NCBI GenBank assembly: GCA_017550965.1
Contig: JAFZNK010000333.1
Span: 3,935 to 67,934 of the forward strand
Length of the DNA stretch: 64,000 nt
From: Thermoguttaceae bacterium
GTDB taxonomy: Bacteria; Planctomycetota; Planctomycetia; Pirellulales; Thermoguttaceae
Reading direction: 5' to 3'
The translations under genes were made by a program, and so were the position numbers. The notes under the pieces are model-generated. The model saw only the letters and a list, made by a program, of their open reading frames with translations. It was not told where the DNA came from and did not search any database. Positions 27,704 through 37,239 of this stretch are shown one piece after another (position 1 is the first letter of the stretch; every line of letters begins with the position of its first letter).

Positions 27704-27887
27704 CGTATACGCTTGTATACCGGGTCTAATCACTTTTTTTGATTGTACTTGATTGTTTTCTCGTAACATTTGACTCTCTGGTTGTGTTGTTTTTTCCTGG
27801 CTTTTCGATATACTGACCCGTATATGAGCGGGACGTGGCGTTTCGCTCCAATCGTTATTGAATTGTTTCGAAACGGTAAGAGATAAT

Positions 27888-29366
27888 ATGACATATGACG
27901 TCGCGATAGTGGGAGCGGGAGTCATTGGTTCCGCGCTTTTCCGTGAGCTTGGCAAGTTTAATCTTAAAACGGTGTTAATCGAAAAGGAAAACGACGTTGC
28001 CCTTGGGTCGTCTCGCGCTAATTCAGCTATTGTCCATGCTGGTTACGATCCTCCCAACGGCACGATGTTGGCTCGTTTTAACGTCGAAGGCAATCGACTA
28101 TATCCAAAATTATGCGCTGATCTTTCGGTCCCGTTCCGGCAAAACGGTTCACTAATCGTAGCTCTTTGTGAAGAGGATTTGGTTCATTTGCGTGAACTCT
28201 ATGAAAATGGAGTTAAAAATGGAGTCGATGCCTTGGAAATTGTCGGCCCCGAGGCTGTTCGTCAAATGGAACCGAATCTTCAACCTACGATTTGCGGAGC
28301 GTTGGTTGCTCCCACCGGCGGAATTGTCGGTTCCTATGAGTTAACGACGGCTTTGGCGGAAAGCGGCGTTATCAATGGAGGTGAAGTTCTTCTTAATTCA
28401 GAGGTGACACGAATTGAGAAGTTTAACAAAGACGGCGAAAAGCTTAACGATTTGACGAGAAAAGGACTATTTCGGCTGACCTTTTCCAACGGTCGTCATG
28501 TGGACGCTCGGTTTATTGTTAATGCCGCGGGCATTTATTCAGACTCTGTTCAACAATTGATAGGAAAGCCTCGTTTTTCGGTCACTCCGCGGAAAGGCGA
28601 ATATTATATTCTTGATAAACGGCAAGGAGCTTTGGTTGATAGGACCATTTTCATGTGTCCTTCTAAATTGGGAAAGGGCGTTCTTATATCGCCTACTGTC
28701 CACGGCAATTTGTTAGTGGGACCTGACGCGCAAGACGGAGACGACAAAAGCGATTTCTCGACGACTCAGCAAGGACTGGCGTTTGTTCGTAAGACTTCCG
28801 CGTTGCTGAGCGACAAAGTTGATTTTAGAGATTCCATTCGTAATTTTGCCGGTTTGCGCGCGCTACCCAGTGGAAAAGATTTTATTATTGAATTGGATCC
28901 GGACGTTGACGGACTGCTTAATCTTGCCGGCATTAAATCGCCAGGTCTAACTTCTGCCCCTGCTATCGCGAAGCACTCAGTTGAATTATTGGCAAACGCA
29001 GGACTGGATTTGATAGAAAATCCACGTTTTAATCCTTATCGAAGACAAACGCGTTTTGCTGAAATGTCTGACGCTGAAAAGACGGAATTAGTCCGCAAGG
29101 ATTCAAGTTTCGGTCGTATAATTTGTCGTTGCGAACAAATTACCGAAGGCGAAATCGTTGAAGCTATTCGGCGTCCGTTGGGCGCTAAAACGGTAGACGG
29201 CGTCAAGAGACGTTGTCGACCCGGAAGCGGACGGTGTCAAGGCGGTTTTTGCGGTCCGCGTGTGTTGGAGATTTTGGCTCGCGAGTTAGCGACTTCAAGA
29301 GAGGGACTTTTGAAGGATAAGAATGGTTCCTATATTTTAGCAGGAAAGACAAAAGAGACCGAATAG
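27888..29366 (+). CDS. FAD-dependent oxidoreductase (glycerol-3-phosphate/L-2-hydroxyglutarate oxidase-like) with a C-terminal BFD-like [2Fe-2S] domain
   Basis: The ATG at 27888 gives MTYDVAIVGAGVIGSA (FAD fold). The C-terminal CRCEQITEGEIVEAIRRP...RRCRPGSGRCQGGFCGPRV is a BFD-type Cys pattern. Confidence 0.8.
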   Translation: MTYDVAIVGAGVIGSALFRELGKFNLKTVLIEKENDVALGSSRANSAIVHAGYDPPNGTMLARFNVEGNRLYPKLCADLSVPFRQNGSLIVALCEEDLVHLRELYENGVKNGVDALEIVGPEAVRQMEPNLQPTICGALVAPTGGIVGSYELTTALAESGVINGGEVLLNSEVTRIEKFNKDGEKLNDLTRKGLFRLTFSNGRHVDARFIVNAAGIYSDSVQQLIGKPRFSVTPRKGEYYILDKRQGALVDRTIFMCPSKLGKGVLISPTVHGNLLVGPDAQDGDDKSDFSTTQQGLAFVRKTSALLSDKVDFRDSIRNFAGLRALPSGKDFIIELDPDVDGLLNLAGIKSPGLTSAPAIAKHSVELLANAGLDLIENPRFNPYRRQTRFAEMSDAEKTELVRKDSSFGRIICRCEQITEGEIVEAIRRPLGAKTVDGVKRRCRPGSGRCQGGFCGPRVLEILARELATSREGLLKDKNGSYILAGKTKETE

Positions 29367-29405
29367 GAAGTAGTGAACGTCTAGTAATCTCGCGACAATC
29401 AGCAA

Positions 29406-29435
29406 GGGACCTCGACCGGAATTGGTCGAGGCCCC
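29406..29435. terminator. GC-rich stem-loop between the convergent oxidoreductase and ilvB genes
   Basis: GGGACCTCGACC (29406-29417) pairs with GGTCGAGGCCCC (29424-29435), 11 of 12 bp, with loop GGAATT. The U-tails are weak on both strands. Confidence 0.4.
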
Positions 29436-29458
29436 TTAAGTATGAATGGGAACAAGCT

Positions 29459-31222
29459 CTATTTTTCGACTTTTATGTCTTCAACAGAGCATCCCGGAGG
29501 AATCATGGGAAGGACGTGTCCACAATAAGGGATTCTAAGGTCAATCATGAATGGACCGGGACTTTCAAGCATTTGTTTAAGCGCCGCAGGATACTCGGAT
29601 CTTTTTTCAACGACAACGGCGTCCCAGCCATATCCCTTGGCAATGGCAACGTAATCCGGATAACGTTTGGTTAAATGATAACCGTCTCCCTTGCCGCAAT
29701 TCTCGGGATCATTTATATCGCCGAGATAAGTGTTGGCTCGATTGCGACCGAAGAACATGTCTTCCCATTGAACGACGTTTCCAAGGTGCTGATTATTAAC
29801 TAAAAGCAGCTTAACAGGAATGTGTTCGGTAACGCATGTCGCCATCTCTTGTATGTTCATCTGAAGACTGCCGTCGCCTTCTATGGCGATTACTGTAGCG
29901 TCAGGACGCGCAACTTTTGCTCCAATAGCGGACGGAAGGCCGAACCCCATTGTTCCCAATCCACAACTTGACAACCAGGTTCTCGGCTTGTTGAAGTGGT
30001 AAAACAGCGTCGTCCATAACTGGTGTTGTCCGACGCCCGTCGTGACGATTACGTCTTTGTCCTGAGTCGCTTTTGACAGTTCCTCAATTGCCATTTGTGG
30101 AATAATGAGGTCTTCCTTTTCTTCGACTTCGGTTAATTGGTAGCAAACAGGGTGAAGTTCGTTCCATTCGCGTAGTTGCGTTTTCCAATGAGCAAGGTCG
30201 ACAGGAACATACTCGGTTTCGATTGTTTCCAGTAGCGCGCTTAACGAATCTTTAAGATCTCCACAAACAGTAGCTTTGACCTTTTTGACTTTATTAAATT
30301 CCGAAGGATCGACGTCAAAGTGAACGACATACGCGTTTGGCGCGAATTTAGACGGCACTGCCGCGACTCTGTCGCTGAATCTTGCGCCTAGGACAAGCAG
30401 TAGGTCGCAATTGCGAATGGCTTGATTTGCGCAGTAAGTTCCGTGCATTCCCGCCATTCCCAGACAGTTCTCGTCGTCGCGTGGAAAACTTGCCAGTCCC
30501 GGCATGGTCGTAGCGACGGGGACGCCTGTTTTGTCGACGATCTTTTTCAGTAGTTCCGTCGCGTCGGACGTTGTTACGCCGCCTCCGGAAAGGATCATTG
30601 GACGCTGAGATTTATTGATCTTTTCGACTATTTGCCCGATTAGTTGCCTATCGATTTGACCGGGATTGGCTGCTTCGTAGCCAGGCAAGTTAAAGGGTTG
30701 GTCGAAGTTCGGATAACACTGGCTTACAAGCACGTTTTTAGGGACGTCGATTAAAACAGGACCCGGACGTCCCGACTTAGCGACATATATGGCTTCGGCG
30801 ACGATTCGTGCGAGATCGTCCGTGTCGTCGACCAAATAGTGATGTTTAGTAATGCACCGACATACTTCCGTTATTGGCGTTTCTTGAAAAGAATCGGCGC
30901 CGATAGCGTTGAGATTGACTTGTCCTGTGATTACGACAATTGGAACGCTGTCTAATTTGGCGTCGTCAATTGCAGTAATGATGTTCGTGGCTCCAGGGCC
31001 GCTTGTCGTCGTGCAGACCCCTACCTCGCCCGTTACGCGTGCGTAGCCTTGCGCCGCGAAACCGGCTCCTTGCTCATGTCTGGGAAGAATGACGCGTATT
31101 TTATCCCGGTAGCGCGTAAAGGCCTGGTGAAGGGGGATGGTTGCACCGCCAGGATACCCAAAAACGTTAGTTACGCCGCAGTTGATTAGCGATTGAACGA
31201 CGACGTCCGCGCCTGTTGTCAT
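29459..31222 (-). CDS. ilvB: Acetolactate synthase (acetohydroxyacid synthase) large subunit
   Basis: GADVVVQSLINCGVTNVFGYPGGA is at the N-terminus. The ThDP motif is IEGDGSLQMNIQEMAT...LLLVNNQHLG. The start was set at the ATG at 31222 (GGAG lies 8 nt upstream); in-frame alternatives exist at 31243 and 31297. Confidence 0.9.
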   Translation of the reverse strand: MTTGADVVVQSLINCGVTNVFGYPGGATIPLHQAFTRYRDKIRVILPRHEQGAGFAAQGYARVTGEVGVCTTTSGPGATNIITAIDDAKLDSVPIVVITGQVNLNAIGADSFQETPITEVCRCITKHHYLVDDTDDLARIVAEAIYVAKSGRPGPVLIDVPKNVLVSQCYPNFDQPFNLPGYEAANPGQIDRQLIGQIVEKINKSQRPMILSGGGVTTSDATELLKKIVDKTGVPVATTMPGLASFPRDDENCLGMAGMHGTYCANQAIRNCDLLLVLGARFSDRVAAVPSKFAPNAYVVHFDVDPSEFNKVKKVKATVCGDLKDSLSALLETIETEYVPVDLAHWKTQLREWNELHPVCYQLTEVEEKEDLIIPQMAIEELSKATQDKDVIVTTGVGQHQLWTTLFYHFNKPRTWLSSCGLGTMGFGLPSAIGAKVARPDATVIAIEGDGSLQMNIQEMATCVTEHIPVKLLLVNNQHLGNVVQWEDMFFGRNRANTYLGDINDPENCGKGDGYHLTKRYPDYVAIAKGYGWDAVVVEKRSEYPAALKQMLESPGPFMIDLRIPYCGHVLPMIPPGCSVEDIKVEK

Positions 31223-31714
31223 GGTTGATGCTCCGAACTGCATGGACTTTTTATTCTTAAAGTCGTTATGAGACACGATTAGCCCCTCCAAAATCAACGT
31301 TACGATTCAACGACGTAAACTACTTTTGCTATTAGCCTTGAAATATGCAACAAACTCGAGGACGCACTTTTTATGAACGTACTCCGTAATGAGCTTGTTG
31401 CAACGGATAAAGAATACTCTTTTTTTGGCTTTTAACAAGGGTGGAAAGACCTTTTCAGAATTGAACGATTTTTTCTTGAAGGCAAGGGGGAACGTTTTAC
31501 GTTAGCGATAATCTAATGTGCACGATGAGGACGTTAATTCAGGCGTCGCCTTGCATGAAAGGACGTTTAGACCGATAATCTTTTCTGGACGCTTCCTTTT
31601 TGAGAGGCGAGCGTTTGATTTGGGGTGGACGTCTGAGAGCGCGTAGTTATAATGGCTTGTGTTTGTAAGTCATCTCGGCGTGTGTTTCGCCGAGCTTTTT
31701 TATGAGGGTTATTT

Positions 31715-32218
31715 ATGTTTGGCGTTTTAGAGCCCCTTCGCGGAGGCGACGACATACCCCTGCGTAAGCGCGAATTGATCGTGGGGCGTAGCGATAAATG
31801 CGACGTGGTTTTACGTTTTTCCAACGTTTCTTCTCAGCATTGCCGTTTGGTATTGTCCAACGGCTATTGGTACGCTCTTGACATGGGGAGCACAAACGGC
31901 ACGACGGTTAGCGGCATGCGCACGCAAGACATGCGCGTCGATCCTAATGGAAGAGTCGCCTTTGCGAAACATGAATTTATTCTACGATACGATCCTGTAG
32001 CGAACGGCGCTACAGGAGAAGTGCCCCCAGACTGTCTGGAGACGAATTTCTTCGAGAAGTCTCTGCTGGAACGCGCCGGCGTTTCGCGACAGATCCGTTC
32101 TATGCCGAAGACGTGGGAGATCAAACGCCAAGAAGGCGCGACGTTGGAAGAATTGGAATCGGGAGCCGGAGCCGATTACTCAAATCTGACGCTCGACGAT
32201 ATTGAGTTTGACGTCTAA
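31715..32218 (+). CDS. Stand-alone FHA-domain protein
   Basis: LIVGRSDKCDVVLRFSNVSSQHCRLVLSNGYWYALDMGSTNGTTVSG carries the G-R...S-xx-H...N-G FHA signature. The C-terminal tail is acidic. Confidence 0.8.
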   Translation: MFGVLEPLRGGDDIPLRKRELIVGRSDKCDVVLRFSNVSSQHCRLVLSNGYWYALDMGSTNGTTVSGMRTQDMRVDPNGRVAFAKHEFILRYDPVANGATGEVPPDCLETNFFEKSLLERAGVSRQIRSMPKTWEIKRQEGATLEELESGAGADYSNLTLDDIEFDV

Positions 32219-32238
32219 CGGCGATTCGTTGTTTCCTT

Positions 32239-32703
32239 TTAGGAACGCGTTTTTTTTTGCCGTTCGAGCGCCTCTTGTCGCGTTGTCAATTCGTCCGCTT
32301 CTTTATCGGAACGACGTCTCTCATCGTCGAGGCGTCGTTCTTCCGACTTTTCTTTAAGCGTCTGAAGTATTTTTACTTCTTTTATTGCTTCATTTAATTC
32401 GTTTCGTTTTTGTTCCGCAAGTTCTGAGAGTGTGATTAACTCTTCCGTGGTTTTTTGAAGCCTGTCGAGAAGTAACGTATGGAATCTTTGTTGTTGACGC
32501 AGTTCTTCCGCGTTTGTCGTCGACGACGCCCTTTGCGCCCGAATTGTTTCCTGATTAGCTTCTAATTCTATTTTGTATTGTCTGATTCGCTCTTGGATTT
32601 TTTGAACGGCTGCCTGAGCTTCCAGGAAAGCGTTCTTTTTTTCGTTACGTTCGTTTTCACGTACTTTGAGAAGGGATTCGAAACGGAATTTCGACGCCAT
32701 CAT
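32239..32703 (-). CDS. fliJ: FliJ-like flagellar export chaperone (small coiled-coil protein)
   Basis: The start was trimmed to MMASKFRFESLLKVRENERNEKKNAFLEAQ.... This pattern, and the 150-aa all-coiled-coil layout, match FliJ (compare B. subtilis MAYQFRFQKLLELKENEKD as I recall it). No other flagellar gene is adjacent. Confidence 0.55.
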   Translation of the reverse strand: MMASKFRFESLLKVRENERNEKKNAFLEAQAAVQKIQERIRQYKIELEANQETIRAQRASSTTNAEELRQQQRFHTLLLDRLQKTTEELITLSELAEQKRNELNEAIKEVKILQTLKEKSEERRLDDERRRSDKEADELTTRQEALERQKKTRS

Positions 32704-32784
32704 GATTCCAATGAAAACTAGGGGAAGCGAGTCGACGGTAATTGACAATTGCGACAGTCGACTCGCATTGGGACATGTCTTCGT

Positions 32785-34371
32785 TTAGTACCGTTGTAAA
32801 AGACTTACGAGTTTTCTGTCGAGTTTAAGTCCGCGCCAATCTTCATAATCGACGTCTTTGCGTTCGCTATTAGCGACGCCAAAGGAACCCCTAAAATTCC
32901 ACAAGGCCCAACCCCAATCAGCTTGGCGCCAGTTAACGAGCATATCTTCCATCCAACTTAAAACGACTGGATGCGGAGTAACGTTATGCGCTCCAAATTC
33001 GCCAACCATAACTCCAATTCCTTGCTTTTCAGCCTCCTTCCACGGTTTGACGTTATTGTCCCAAAGCCATTGGCGATTTCTCACTGTTCCGCCAATGAGC
33101 GTTGGTCGGCCGTCGTCCTCGACATATCGAAGTTCCGTAGGATTTTGCGCGTTCCAGTCGGTTGTTCCAGAGGAATCGGCGCTTTGATTTCCAAAAGAAA
33201 TCGTTAATTGAGTAATCGTCGCCCAATCGCCGTCGACATTGGCAATTGTGATTTGTCTCGTGGAATTGGGAATTTCTAACTCGAAATCGAGATCATAACG
33301 ATTTTGGTAGACGCCGTATCTTTCAACAAAGACAACTTCCTTCCATTCGCCCTTTCCGTCTTTTGGAACAAGCGTTTTTCGGAAGGCTTCTGAGTTGTCA
33401 AATTTAACGACGATTTCTGCTTTGTTGGAAACTGTTCCGATTCTAAAGGCAAGTTTGGAATCTTTGGGGAAAGGGCCCTGAATTGACAGCGGTCTTCTTA
33501 CTCCTTCGGAGAGTTCTCCTTTGTTAGGAGAAGGAAGTAAACCATTGAAGGATGTAAAAGGCCATCGTGGTTCGGGGAATTCTTTGCTGTTAACCCAGGA
33601 AGCTCCGTAGTGAGAGATTTCCATTGGAGCATAACCTCGAGTCGACTGGGCGACTTGCAACTCCTTGAAAGACAGACAGGGTTTCGTTCCCCAGTCGATA
33701 CCGTCGCAGGAGATTAAACGTTGTGGGCTTTCTTGCCTAATGACGTCAACCAGAGTCTTGGCGACTTTGAAATATTCGCTTTCTGTGCAACCTGCCGGTT
33801 CATTAAAAAGGTTGAAACTAAGTTGATCAGCCGAAATCGAACGATAACGCTTGGCAAATGTTTGCCAGTGGAGTTTACAAATATCAAGCGTTTCTTCGTC
33901 GTTCCAAACCAGAGGCGCTTCCGGAGGATTAGCGACTGTATAACCGGGAGCCCGATGAAAATTTATATGAACGTGTATTCCATATTTCTGGCCTAATTCA
34001 ACGGCGCGATCAATTTCGTCAAGGGTTTTTTCATTGAATTTCCTCTTGTCTCCATCTACGATCCAACTGCGATAGTCCATCGGTAACCGAACGAAATTGA
34101 ATCCAAGATCGCTGATGTTTTGAAAGTCTTCTTCGCGAAACGGTTGATTGGCTCCGTTGAATTTCTCCAGTAAATTGAAACCGCGCCAGCGTGGCAGTTT
34201 TAAGGGCGTCGCGTGAGGCAACGGTCGTCCTTTTTCATTTTTACGGGGCGTTATCAGATCAGGAATCATGGATTTTGCTTGAACGTTACCAGACGATAGC
34301 GCAAACGGTGAAATAGCGATAGCAGAACCGATTTTGAGGAAGTCGCGACGAGACGTTTGGAATGATTTCAT
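32785..34371 (-). CDS. Twin-arginine-exported glycoside hydrolase family 5 (cellulase-like) with a C-terminal beta-sandwich region
   Basis: MKSFQTSRRDFLKIGSAIAISPFALSSGNVQA is a TAT-type signal. GFNFVRLPMDY, FNLFNEP (acid/base) and VMVGEFGA (nucleophile) are present. Confidence 0.85.
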   Translation of the reverse strand: MKSFQTSRRDFLKIGSAIAISPFALSSGNVQAKSMIPDLITPRKNEKGRPLPHATPLKLPRWRGFNLLEKFNGANQPFREEDFQNISDLGFNFVRLPMDYRSWIVDGDKRKFNEKTLDEIDRAVELGQKYGIHVHINFHRAPGYTVANPPEAPLVWNDEETLDICKLHWQTFAKRYRSISADQLSFNLFNEPAGCTESEYFKVAKTLVDVIRQESPQRLISCDGIDWGTKPCLSFKELQVAQSTRGYAPMEISHYGASWVNSKEFPEPRWPFTSFNGLLPSPNKGELSEGVRRPLSIQGPFPKDSKLAFRIGTVSNKAEIVVKFDNSEAFRKTLVPKDGKGEWKEVVFVERYGVYQNRYDLDFELEIPNSTRQITIANVDGDWATITQLTISFGNQSADSSGTTDWNAQNPTELRYVEDDGRPTLIGGTVRNRQWLWDNNVKPWKEAEKQGIGVMVGEFGAHNVTPHPVVLSWMEDMLVNWRQADWGWALWNFRGSFGVANSERKDVDYEDWRGLKLDRKLVSLLQRY

Positions 34372-34623
34372 AGGATTACCTGGAATGAACGGCGTGAAAA
34401 TGGAAAAACAACGACGTCGTTATTCTAGCTTTTTATTTTGATTACGTCAACGCAACTAACGAATTAACAACGAACGACGTCTCTATGCTTTGATGTAGCG
34501 TTCAACTTCTTTTCTAAGACTCCCCCTTCTGATTAACCCCCTTCTCCAAAAAAACAACTGAACTACAATGAACGCCTACTAAACGCTATTAATTCTTTGT
34601 GAAAAGGAGTTTTTTCGCTGATT

Positions 34624-35946
34624 ATGTCAGACGTTGTGACGTGGCAATGTATATTTGTCGTTAGCCTCCTCGCTGCGGTGCTTGTTTCTGCGTTGTGTTC
34701 TATCGCTGAGTCTGTGCTACTAAGTCTTACTATGGCTCAAGTGGAGGAAATTAACGAGAAAAATTCTAACATTGGTAAAATTTGGGAAATTTTTAAACAG
34801 GACGTTGACACGCCCATCACTTGTATTCTGGCTATCAACACAATTGCTCATACCATAGGCGCTTCTTTTGCGGGAGTTTCTTTCGCTAAGTTGTTCGGCG
34901 AGACCTGGATTGGGCTTTTTTCACTAGTTTTCACTTTTTTCATGTTGCAATATACAGAAATATTGCCGAAAACTCTTGGCGTTCGTTTTAACAACAGGAT
35001 CGCTTATTGGATTGCTCGACCTTTACGTTGGACGATTACGATTTGCGATCCGTTTATTCATTTCCTTCGCTATTTAAACAAACCTTTCGAGAGTAGTTCT
35101 CCTGAACTTAAATCGCTTAATACCGTGGAAGAAATCTCCCTCTTGGCGTTGCTTGCTAAAAGACAACGGCAATTGAATTCCGAGCAGGAAGTTATCATTA
35201 ACGGCGCGTTAAAGTTATCAGAAATAGAAGTAGATCGAGTTAAGGTAAGCATTAAGGACGTTGCAATGTTGGCCGACGACCTCACTCCTGCAGAAGCCTT
35301 TGAAATTGCCAAAAACGACACGCATACCCGTTTTCCCGTATACTACAGAACCAACAAGGAACTTATAATCGGTTATGTGAATTTCAAAGAGCTTGCGCTT
35401 TCGGAAATTGATATTTCAGGTTCCTCTTGGAATGCGCTGGGAAGTTCTGCGTCGGCGGATTTGTCTAAGTTCATAAGACCTATCATAAACGTTGAATCTA
35501 CAGATCGAGCTTCCGACGTTTTGAGTACTCTTGTTAGGAATCATGAACATATTGCTTTAGTAATAGACGCAGTTCAAAAGAAGCCCGTTGGTATTTTGAC
35601 GCTGGAGGATATTGTTGAAGAACTACTCGGGGAAGAGATAGAAGACGAATTTGATTACTTACCCGAGACGTTGTACGACTATATGGGCATGATTAGGGCA
35701 GGGGGCGGAGTCTCTCTAAAAGACGTCAAGTTGAAAGTTGAGAAAGTTTTTCCTGTTCAGAGCGAGGCTTTTGTGCGTGAAATTACGTTAAGCGAGGCGC
35801 GTTGTTTAAGCGAGTGGCTTGAAAAGGAAAAGTTGCATGAGCGGGTTACGCGTAATTCGCGCGTCAATTGTGGGAAATTATCTATCGGAATAAAGCGAGT
35901 ACGCAGAGGGCATATCTCAGAAGTTGTGATTTTAGCCAAAGATTGA
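34624..35946 (+). CDS. CNNM/HlyC/CorC-family transporter (DUF21 membrane domain, CBS pair, CorC_HlyC-like C-terminus)
   Basis: The N-terminal four-TM DUF21-like region contains INTIAHTIGA. The CBS-pair region contains HIALVIDAVQKKPVGILTLEDIVEELLGEEIEDEFD. A roughly 90-aa transporter-associated tail follows. Confidence 0.85.
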   Translation: MSDVVTWQCIFVVSLLAAVLVSALCSIAESVLLSLTMAQVEEINEKNSNIGKIWEIFKQDVDTPITCILAINTIAHTIGASFAGVSFAKLFGETWIGLFSLVFTFFMLQYTEILPKTLGVRFNNRIAYWIARPLRWTITICDPFIHFLRYLNKPFESSSPELKSLNTVEEISLLALLAKRQRQLNSEQEVIINGALKLSEIEVDRVKVSIKDVAMLADDLTPAEAFEIAKNDTHTRFPVYYRTNKELIIGYVNFKELALSEIDISGSSWNALGSSASADLSKFIRPIINVESTDRASDVLSTLVRNHEHIALVIDAVQKKPVGILTLEDIVEELLGEEIEDEFDYLPETLYDYMGMIRAGGGVSLKDVKLKVEKVFPVQSEAFVREITLSEARCLSEWLEKEKLHERVTRNSRVNCGKLSIGIKRVRRGHISEVVILAKD

Positions 35947-35997
35947 TTTTTGAGTAACGAATGTAATTCGGTTGCCCTAAGAGTTTTCTTGAAGAAT

Positions 35998-36945
35998 ATG
36001 AATGAAGTCAATTGGTTGCTGACTCTTTTCGTCGCCCCTCTTGTCGGGTTTATTGGGATGTATTCCGGCGGGTTTTGGGGAGTAGGTTGCGGCTGGTTAA
36101 TCGTCCCCTCAATGCTTTTCTTTTTCGATTGCACCCCGATGCAGGCTGCCGGCGTTGGGTTATTGCAGATGGTTCCTTCGATCGTCGGAACCGTATGTAA
36201 AGAAGCCCCCATGATCGGATGGTCGCATTCTTCAGTTGGGAGAAATCTCGTCGTTCCAATGGCTTTGGGCGCGTTTTGCACTTCCTTTTGCGGTCGTCCG
36301 ATTAATGTCTTTTTCAACAATCTTTGCGGAAAAACCGCTATATATTTAGGTTTTGGCGCGTTTATGCTTATTGTCGGCATACAAACTATTTTTGGAAAAG
36401 GAAGACAATATCAGGAGACACCCCCTCTAAATTTTACTCGTTCATCGCGTTTTTACGCCTTTGTCGGAGGTCTGGGCGCCGGCGTGTTCAGTTCTGTTTT
36501 GGGCGTGGGAGTAGCCATGGTTTTTCGACCGGTTTTAGCCAATGTCTTCAAAGTTTCTGAGTTGGACGTCGCCCGTAGCGTTCGCCTTCTTCTCCTGACG
36601 ACAACATTGGTAGGCGGCCTTAACTATCTCTTTAATCCAGAAGGTTTTGATAAAAAGATTTTAATTCTTTCCATGGCAATTTCTTTTGGGGGCGCGATTG
36701 GATTTCCCTTGGGGGCGCGAGCGCATCGGATTATCGTAGCGGCGGGATATGCACGCAGGGCCCAGCAGTGTTTTGCAATTATTTGCGGTATTGTCGCTAC
36801 GAACGTTTCTCTCGCATTGTTGGGAAAAGAAACGATCAGCCGTTACGTAATGTTTGGCGCCGCTGTTTTTCTTTTGGTTTTTCTTTCTTCATGGCGTAGG
36901 ATTGCTCAAAAACGAGTAACGACGGGAGAACAATACAAGAATTAA
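35998..36945 (+). CDS. TSUP (TauE/SafE) family anion exporter-like membrane protein
   Basis: The ATG at 35998 gives MNEVNWLLTLFVAPLVGFIGMYSGGFWGVGCGWLIVP (TSUP-type G-rich first helix). The protein is polytopic, and a second G-rich repeat (FVGGLGAGVFSSVLGVGVAM) is present. Confidence 0.7.
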   Translation: MNEVNWLLTLFVAPLVGFIGMYSGGFWGVGCGWLIVPSMLFFFDCTPMQAAGVGLLQMVPSIVGTVCKEAPMIGWSHSSVGRNLVVPMALGAFCTSFCGRPINVFFNNLCGKTAIYLGFGAFMLIVGIQTIFGKGRQYQETPPLNFTRSSRFYAFVGGLGAGVFSSVLGVGVAMVFRPVLANVFKVSELDVARSVRLLLLTTTLVGGLNYLFNPEGFDKKILILSMAISFGGAIGFPLGARAHRIIVAAGYARRAQQCFAIICGIVATNVSLALLGKETISRYVMFGAAVFLLVFLSSWRRIAQKRVTTGEQYKN

Positions 36946-37210
36946 ATTGGTTGAAGTTTACCTGTAAAGGCAGACGGAACGCACTTCTTTTGGGGACTCC
37001 CTTATCGTCATTTTTTGAGAAAAAATTAATAGTTTTTTTAAATTGTTCTTTTATAAGTTGTTTATAAAATAGGTTAAATAGAAAAATTGTTATGAAGTTT
37101 TTTTGTGACTTAAATTGAAAATAGGTAAAAAAAACAGAACGGGCAAAACGTAAACAGGTAAGCTAACTTGAAAAATGGGAGTTTTGTGTGATATTCCTTT
37201 GATAAAATCG

Positions 37211-37239
37211 TTGACTTAGTCATAATTCTGTGGTCTAAT
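37211..37239 (+). promoter_or_regulatory. Sigma-70-like promoter candidate for the second htrA-like gene
   Basis: TTGACT (37211-37216), a 17-nt spacer, then TCTAAT (37234-37239), inside a markedly AT-rich intergenic region about 90 bp upstream of the ATG at 37331. The consensus is borrowed from E. coli; relevance to this lineage is unverified. Confidence 0.25.

Noticed and set aside
27705-27720. GTATACgcttGTATAC double palindrome after the Wza terminator
   Set aside because: It is a short self-complementary hexamer repeated once, easily a chance event. It has no phased partner site and no obvious promoter context, so I did not promote it to a finding.
27617-27955. 112-aa minus-strand ORF spanning the Wza terminator and the oxidoreductase start
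   Set aside because: It overlaps a clear terminator hairpin and the FAD-binding N-terminus of the plus-strand gene, and it shows no motif or RBS.
31223-31714. Possible ilvB leader peptide or attenuator in the 490-bp spacer upstream of ilvB
   Set aside because: I could find no short Val/Leu/Ile-rich leader ORF and no alternative hairpin pair on the minus strand. The ORFs at 31567..31824 and 31713..31895 are Arg-rich shadows overlapping the FHA gene start.
32250-32258. T9 homopolymer (A9 on the coding strand) in the fliJ-like gene as a possible phase-variation tract
   Set aside because: It lies in the last six codons (...QKKTRS stop), so slippage would only alter the extreme C-terminus. No other evidence for contingency behaviour exists.
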